In this document: positions 13,775-17,312 of the stretch, piece after piece
Layout of the letters: the number at the start of each line of letters is the position of its first letter
Position numbering within the stretch: the first letter of the stretch is position 1
NCBI GenBank assembly: GCA_964510165.1
Contig: CAZEBC010000075.1
Span: 1 to 17,312 of the forward strand
DNA from: an uncultured bacterium
GTDB taxonomy: Bacteria > Abyssobacteria > SURF-5
Direction of reading: 5' to 3'
DNA length: 17,312 nucleotides
Translations under genes and position numbers: made by a program
The notes under the pieces: generated by a model
Seen by the model: only the letters and a program-made list of their open reading frames with translations
What the model was told of the DNA's origin: nothing
Database searches by the model: none

Positions 13775-15481
13775 ATGCCCGCTCCTCCAACCAGAAACCA
13801 GAGACCAGAGACTAGAGACCCTCAAGATGTTTACCTCCGCGCCCTCTACAAAGCCGCTAACTATTCAGATGACGATCTGAAGAAACCGCTTATCGCAATC
13901 GCGAATTCCTGGAACGAACTCAACCCCGGCCATGTCCATCTTCGCGAGACCGCTGCCCGAGTGAAAGAGGGTATCTGGCGGGCGGGCGGCATGCCCGCCG
14001 AGTTCAACACCATCGGGCCGTGCGACGGCATCGCCCAAGGCCGTGGCATGCACTACGTGCTTCCCTCGCGCGACGTGGTGGCGGCCTCCGTCGAATGCAT
14101 GGGGGGCGCACACCAGGTCGCCGGACTTGTCTTCATCGGCACATGCGACAAGATCATCCCCGGCATGCTCATGGCCGCGCTCAGGCTCGACGTGCCCTGC
14201 ATATTCTTTACCGGCGGCATCATGCTCCCGCGCGGCGATATGGTCACCTGCGACATCAAGGAAGCCATCGGGCGATTCACCGCCGGAGAAATCACGCAGG
14301 AGGAATTTGAGAAGATCGAATCGGAAACCTGCGCGAGCGTCGGCGGATGCAACATGATGGGCACCGCGAGCACGATGTGCTGCCTGCTCGAAACGCTCGG
14401 GCTTGCGCTCCCCGGAACCACCACCCTCGCGGCGGTCGACCCCGCTCGCGCGCGCCTCGCACGCGAGGCCGGAAAGCTGGCGGTCAGCCTCGTTAAGAAG
14501 AACATCAGACCTTCGCGCATTCTGACGCGCGCTTCGTTCGAAAACGCGATCCGCGTCCTCCTCGCGTTTGGCGGCTCCACTAACGCGCTCCTGCATCTGC
14601 CGGCTGTCGCCGCCGAAATCGGCGTGGACCTGCCGCTCGAAGTATTCGACCGCCTCAGCCGCGCGACCCCGCTCTTGTGCAAGTTCAAGCCGGCCTCGAA
14701 ATTCAACCTGCTCGATTTTCATAACGCCGGCGGCGTACCGGCGCTCATGCGCGAGCTTTCTCCCCTGCTTCACCTTGACCAGCCGACTGTCTCCGGCAAG
14801 ACGCTGAAGCAGATTGTGCGCTCGGCGAAGAAGCCCGACCGAACAATCATCGCGACGCTTGACAAGCCGCTCGCCAAGGAAGGCGGCATCGCCATCCTGC
14901 GCGGCAACCTCGCGCCGGGCGGAGCCGTCGTCAAGACGAGCGGCGTCAGCCCAAACATGATGACCCATCGCGGCCCCGCAGTCGTGTTCGATTCCGAGGA
15001 GGAAGTGCGGGAGCACCTGGCCAGGCGCAAAGTCAAGCCCGGCAGCGTGCTCGTCATCCGCTATGAAGGCCCGCGCGGCGGACCGGGTATGCGCGAGCTT
15101 TCGATTCCGGCCGCGATGCTCGTGGGCATGGGCCTCGGCGATTCGGTCGCGATGATTACCGACGGGCGTTACTCCGGCGCGACGCGCGGCCCGTGTATCG
15201 GCCACGTCTGCCCCGAGGCCGTCGAGGGAGGCCCGCTCGCCATCGTGCGCGACGGCGACATCATCGAAATCGACATCCCGAACCGAAAGTTGGGCGTTGA
15301 CCTCACAAAATCGGAAATCAAGAATCGCCTGAAACACTGGAAGCCGCCACCCCCAAGAATTGATAAGGGCTTTCTCTCCCTATACCAGAAGATCGTCGGG
15401 AGCGCCTCCACCGGCGCCCGCTTGGCCCCGGAACAACGGTCGGAACCAGGAGACACTCGCAATGAAGCTGACAGGTGGTGA
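13775..15481 (+). CDS. ilvD: Dihydroxy-acid dehydratase (IlvD/Edd family)
   Basis: [91 protein letters not shown]. Confidence 0.9.
   Translation: MPAPPTRNQRPETRDPQDVYLRALYKAANYSDDDLKKPLIAIANSWNELNPGHVHLRETAARVKEGIWRAGGMPAEFNTIGPCDGIAQGRGMHYVLPSRDVVAASVECMGGAHQVAGLVFIGTCDKIIPGMLMAALRLDVPCIFFTGGIMLPRGDMVTCDIKEAIGRFTAGEITQEEFEKIESETCASVGGCNMMGTASTMCCLLETLGLALPGTTTLAAVDPARARLAREAGKLAVSLVKKNIRPSRILTRASFENAIRVLLAFGGSTNALLHLPAVAAEIGVDLPLEVFDRLSRATPLLCKFKPASKFNLLDFHNAGGVPALMRELSPLLHLDQPTVSGKTLKQIVRSAKKPDRTIIATLDKPLAKEGGIAILRGNLAPGGAVVKTSGVSPNMMTHRGPAVVFDSEEEVREHLARRKVKPGSVLVIRYEGPRGGPGMRELSIPAAMLVGMGLGDSVAMITDGRYSGATRGPCIGHVCPEAVEGGPLAIVRDGDIIEIDIPNRKLGVDLTKSEIKNRLKHWKPPPPRIDKGFLSLYQKIVGSASTGARLAPEQRSEPGDTRNEADRW
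13790..13820 (+). repeat. Heptamer tandem repeat inside the 5' end of the ilvD-family gene
   Basis: ACCAGAA ACCAGAG ACCAGAG ACTAGAG ACC. Confidence 0.75.
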
Positions 15482-17261
15482 AATTGTTGTTGAATATCTA
15501 ATCAAAGAAAACGTGCCGTACGCGGTGGGGATACCCGGGCACGGGTGCCTCGGGCTTGTGGACGCGCTGCTCAAGGCGAAGGACCGCATTTCCGTGATAC
15601 AAGTGCGCCAGGAGATGAGCGCCGTGCACCTCGCCGACGGATACTACCGCGTCTCCGGCAAGCCGCTCGCGGTATTCACCTCGATCGGGCCGGGCGCGAT
15701 CAACACCGCCATCGGGCTTGCGACCGCCTACGTGGATTCGACCGCCGTGCTCGCGCTTACCGGCGACACGCATGTCCACATGTTCGGACGCGGCGTGCTT
15801 CAGGAGATCGAGCGCACGCACAGCGCCAACTTCCCGCGCGTACTCGAGCCGATCGTCAAACGCTACTGGCAAGCGGTCGACGCCGCTCAGCTTCCGCACA
15901 TCATGCAGCGCGCGTTCAGCCAGATGCTCTGCGGCAGGCGCGGCCCCGTCCTGATAGACCTTCCGATGGACGTGCAGGCCGATTCGGCTGACGTGAAGAT
16001 TCCCGAGCCGTCACATCGCAAGTGCTCGGCGCGGGTGAAGCCCGACCCCTCCGCCATCGAGCAGGCCGCCCGACTTCTGATTGCCGCGAAACGGCCGGTC
16101 ATCCTCGCGGGCGGCGGCATCCTCTCTTCGGGTGCGTGGAACGAACTGAAGGACTTGGCCGAATACCTGGGCGCGGCGGTCGTGACCACCATGATGGGAA
16201 AAAGCTGCTTTCCTGAGAACCATCCGCTCTATGGCTGGCACGCCGGCAGCAAGGGAACGACCGTCGGCAACACGCTGTGCTCGAAGGCGGACGTGATATT
16301 GGCGGTCGGATGCCGGTTCGCCGATGAGACCGCGTCATCGTATCGGCACGGCGTCAGCTTCTCGATCCCGCCGACCAAACTCATCCACGCCGACATAGAC
16401 TCCGCCGAGATCGGCAAGAACTATCCCGTCGAGGTCGGCATCGTCGGCGACGCCCGAAACGTGCTCGCCGACCTGCTCAACGCCTGCGTGCAAGCCGCTC
16501 CGAAACGCGGCAAGAAAAAGAACGAATATTTCAGCGAGATACAGGCGCTCAGAAAGAAATGGCTGTCATCGGTTGCGAAGCTGCAAAGCTCAACCCGCAC
16601 GCCGCCGACCATCTCGCGCGCGCTCAAGGAGCTTCGCGACGAATTGCCGGAAGAGACGATCGTCGCCTGTTCATCCGGCAACTCGCAGGCCCAGATTCTG
16701 CAGGAGTTCCCCTTCACAAAGCCGAAGACGCTTTTGACGACCGGCGGATTCTCCACGATGGGATGGGCGCTTCCCGCCGCGATGGGCGCAAAGCTGGCCC
16801 AGCCGAATACGCCCGTGGTCGCCGCCATCGGCGACGGCGACTTCATGATGACCATGCAGGAACTCGCGACGGCGGTCCAATATGACATCCCCGTGATCGT
16901 GTTCCTCGTGAACAATTTCGGGTGGATTTCGATCAAGGACCTGCAGATGGGCGCATACGGCGAGGACCGCGCATACGCATGCGATTTCGAGAAAAGTGGC
17001 AAGCCGTACTCGCCCGATTTCGAGAAGGTGGCCTTTGCGTTCGGATGCCATTCCGAGCAGGTGACCAAGGCCGAAAAGATCAGGCCCGCCGTGAAACGCG
17101 CGCTCGAAAGCGGAAAGCCCGCCCTGATCGAGGTCATCGTGAACCGCCAATACCCGCACACCGGCAGCCCCGCCGTCGGCTGGTGGGACGTGCCCGTGCC
17201 CGCGTACCTGTCCGCCCGCCGCAAGGAATATGAGAAGGCACGGTCGGAGGAAGTGTTGTAA
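15462..17261 (+). CDS. Thiamine diphosphate-dependent enzyme (acetolactate synthase-like superfamily), 599 aa
   Basis: ATG 15462 after AGGAG, overlapping the ilvD end; [35 protein letters not shown] and ThDP motif GDGDFMM...NN. Confidence 0.92.
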   Translation: MKLTGGEIVVEYLIKENVPYAVGIPGHGCLGLVDALLKAKDRISVIQVRQEMSAVHLADGYYRVSGKPLAVFTSIGPGAINTAIGLATAYVDSTAVLALTGDTHVHMFGRGVLQEIERTHSANFPRVLEPIVKRYWQAVDAAQLPHIMQRAFSQMLCGRRGPVLIDLPMDVQADSADVKIPEPSHRKCSARVKPDPSAIEQAARLLIAAKRPVILAGGGILSSGAWNELKDLAEYLGAAVVTTMMGKSCFPENHPLYGWHAGSKGTTVGNTLCSKADVILAVGCRFADETASSYRHGVSFSIPPTKLIHADIDSAEIGKNYPVEVGIVGDARNVLADLLNACVQAAPKRGKKKNEYFSEIQALRKKWLSSVAKLQSSTRTPPTISRALKELRDELPEETIVACSSGNSQAQILQEFPFTKPKTLLTTGGFSTMGWALPAAMGAKLAQPNTPVVAAIGDGDFMMTMQELATAVQYDIPVIVFLVNNFGWISIKDLQMGAYGEDRAYACDFEKSGKPYSPDFEKVAFAFGCHSEQVTKAEKIRPAVKRALESGKPALIEVIVNRQYPHTGSPAVGWWDVPVPAYLSARRKEYEKARSEEVL

Positions 17262-17312
17262 GAAGTGGGCCGCCAAAGGATTTATTGGGGGCATGATGAA
17301 GTATCGTGTCCC

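Noticed and set aside
13790-13820. Possible CRISPR array among the repeats
   Set aside because: Only short tandem heptamers and isolated palindromes are present; no 23-47 bp repeats with unique spacers and no cas genes.
1-17312. Genome-wide UGA reassignment (genetic code 4 or 25) as the explanation for the in-frame TGAs
   Set aside because: lexA, the E2 gene, the GNAT and the acyl-CoA dehydrogenase end at TGA where their families normally end, and Trp is encoded by TGG.
17293-17312. Possible start of a next CDS (ATGATGAAGTATCGTGTC)
   Set aside because: Only 20 nt are visible, too little to support a call.

Overview
GC-rich bacterial chromosomal window with about 15 genes. Left to right: an IS3-type orfA remnant; a minus-strand lexA - inactive RadA/RecA-like - PPB2-like operon under a perfect sigma70 promoter whose spacer holds a 14-bp palindrome; an orphan 2-oxoacid dehydrogenase E2; a GNAT; a small lipoprotein; a MerB-like gene; acyl-CoA dehydrogenase; an ODP-type di-iron MBL domain fused to an adenylate cyclase; a VOC protein; a FadH-like flavoenzyme; a Tat-exported DUF362 protein; YqeY; an IlvD-family dehydratase; and a ThDP enzyme. 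The main discovery is the MerB (organomercurial lyase)-like gene at 4703-5401 (-). The ORF track splits it, but it reads as one 232-aa frame with two in-frame UGA codons at the positions of MerB's two catalytic cysteines. Each UGA is followed by a SECIS-like hairpin with a GGUC loop, so this is a predicted double-selenocysteine enzyme. Second is the LexA-controlled PolB2-accessory-type SOS cassette, which has no adjacent polymerase and a candidate new LexA box. Third is the predicted O2/iron-sensing adenylate cyclase. All family assignments come from motif recognition by eye; no searches were run.
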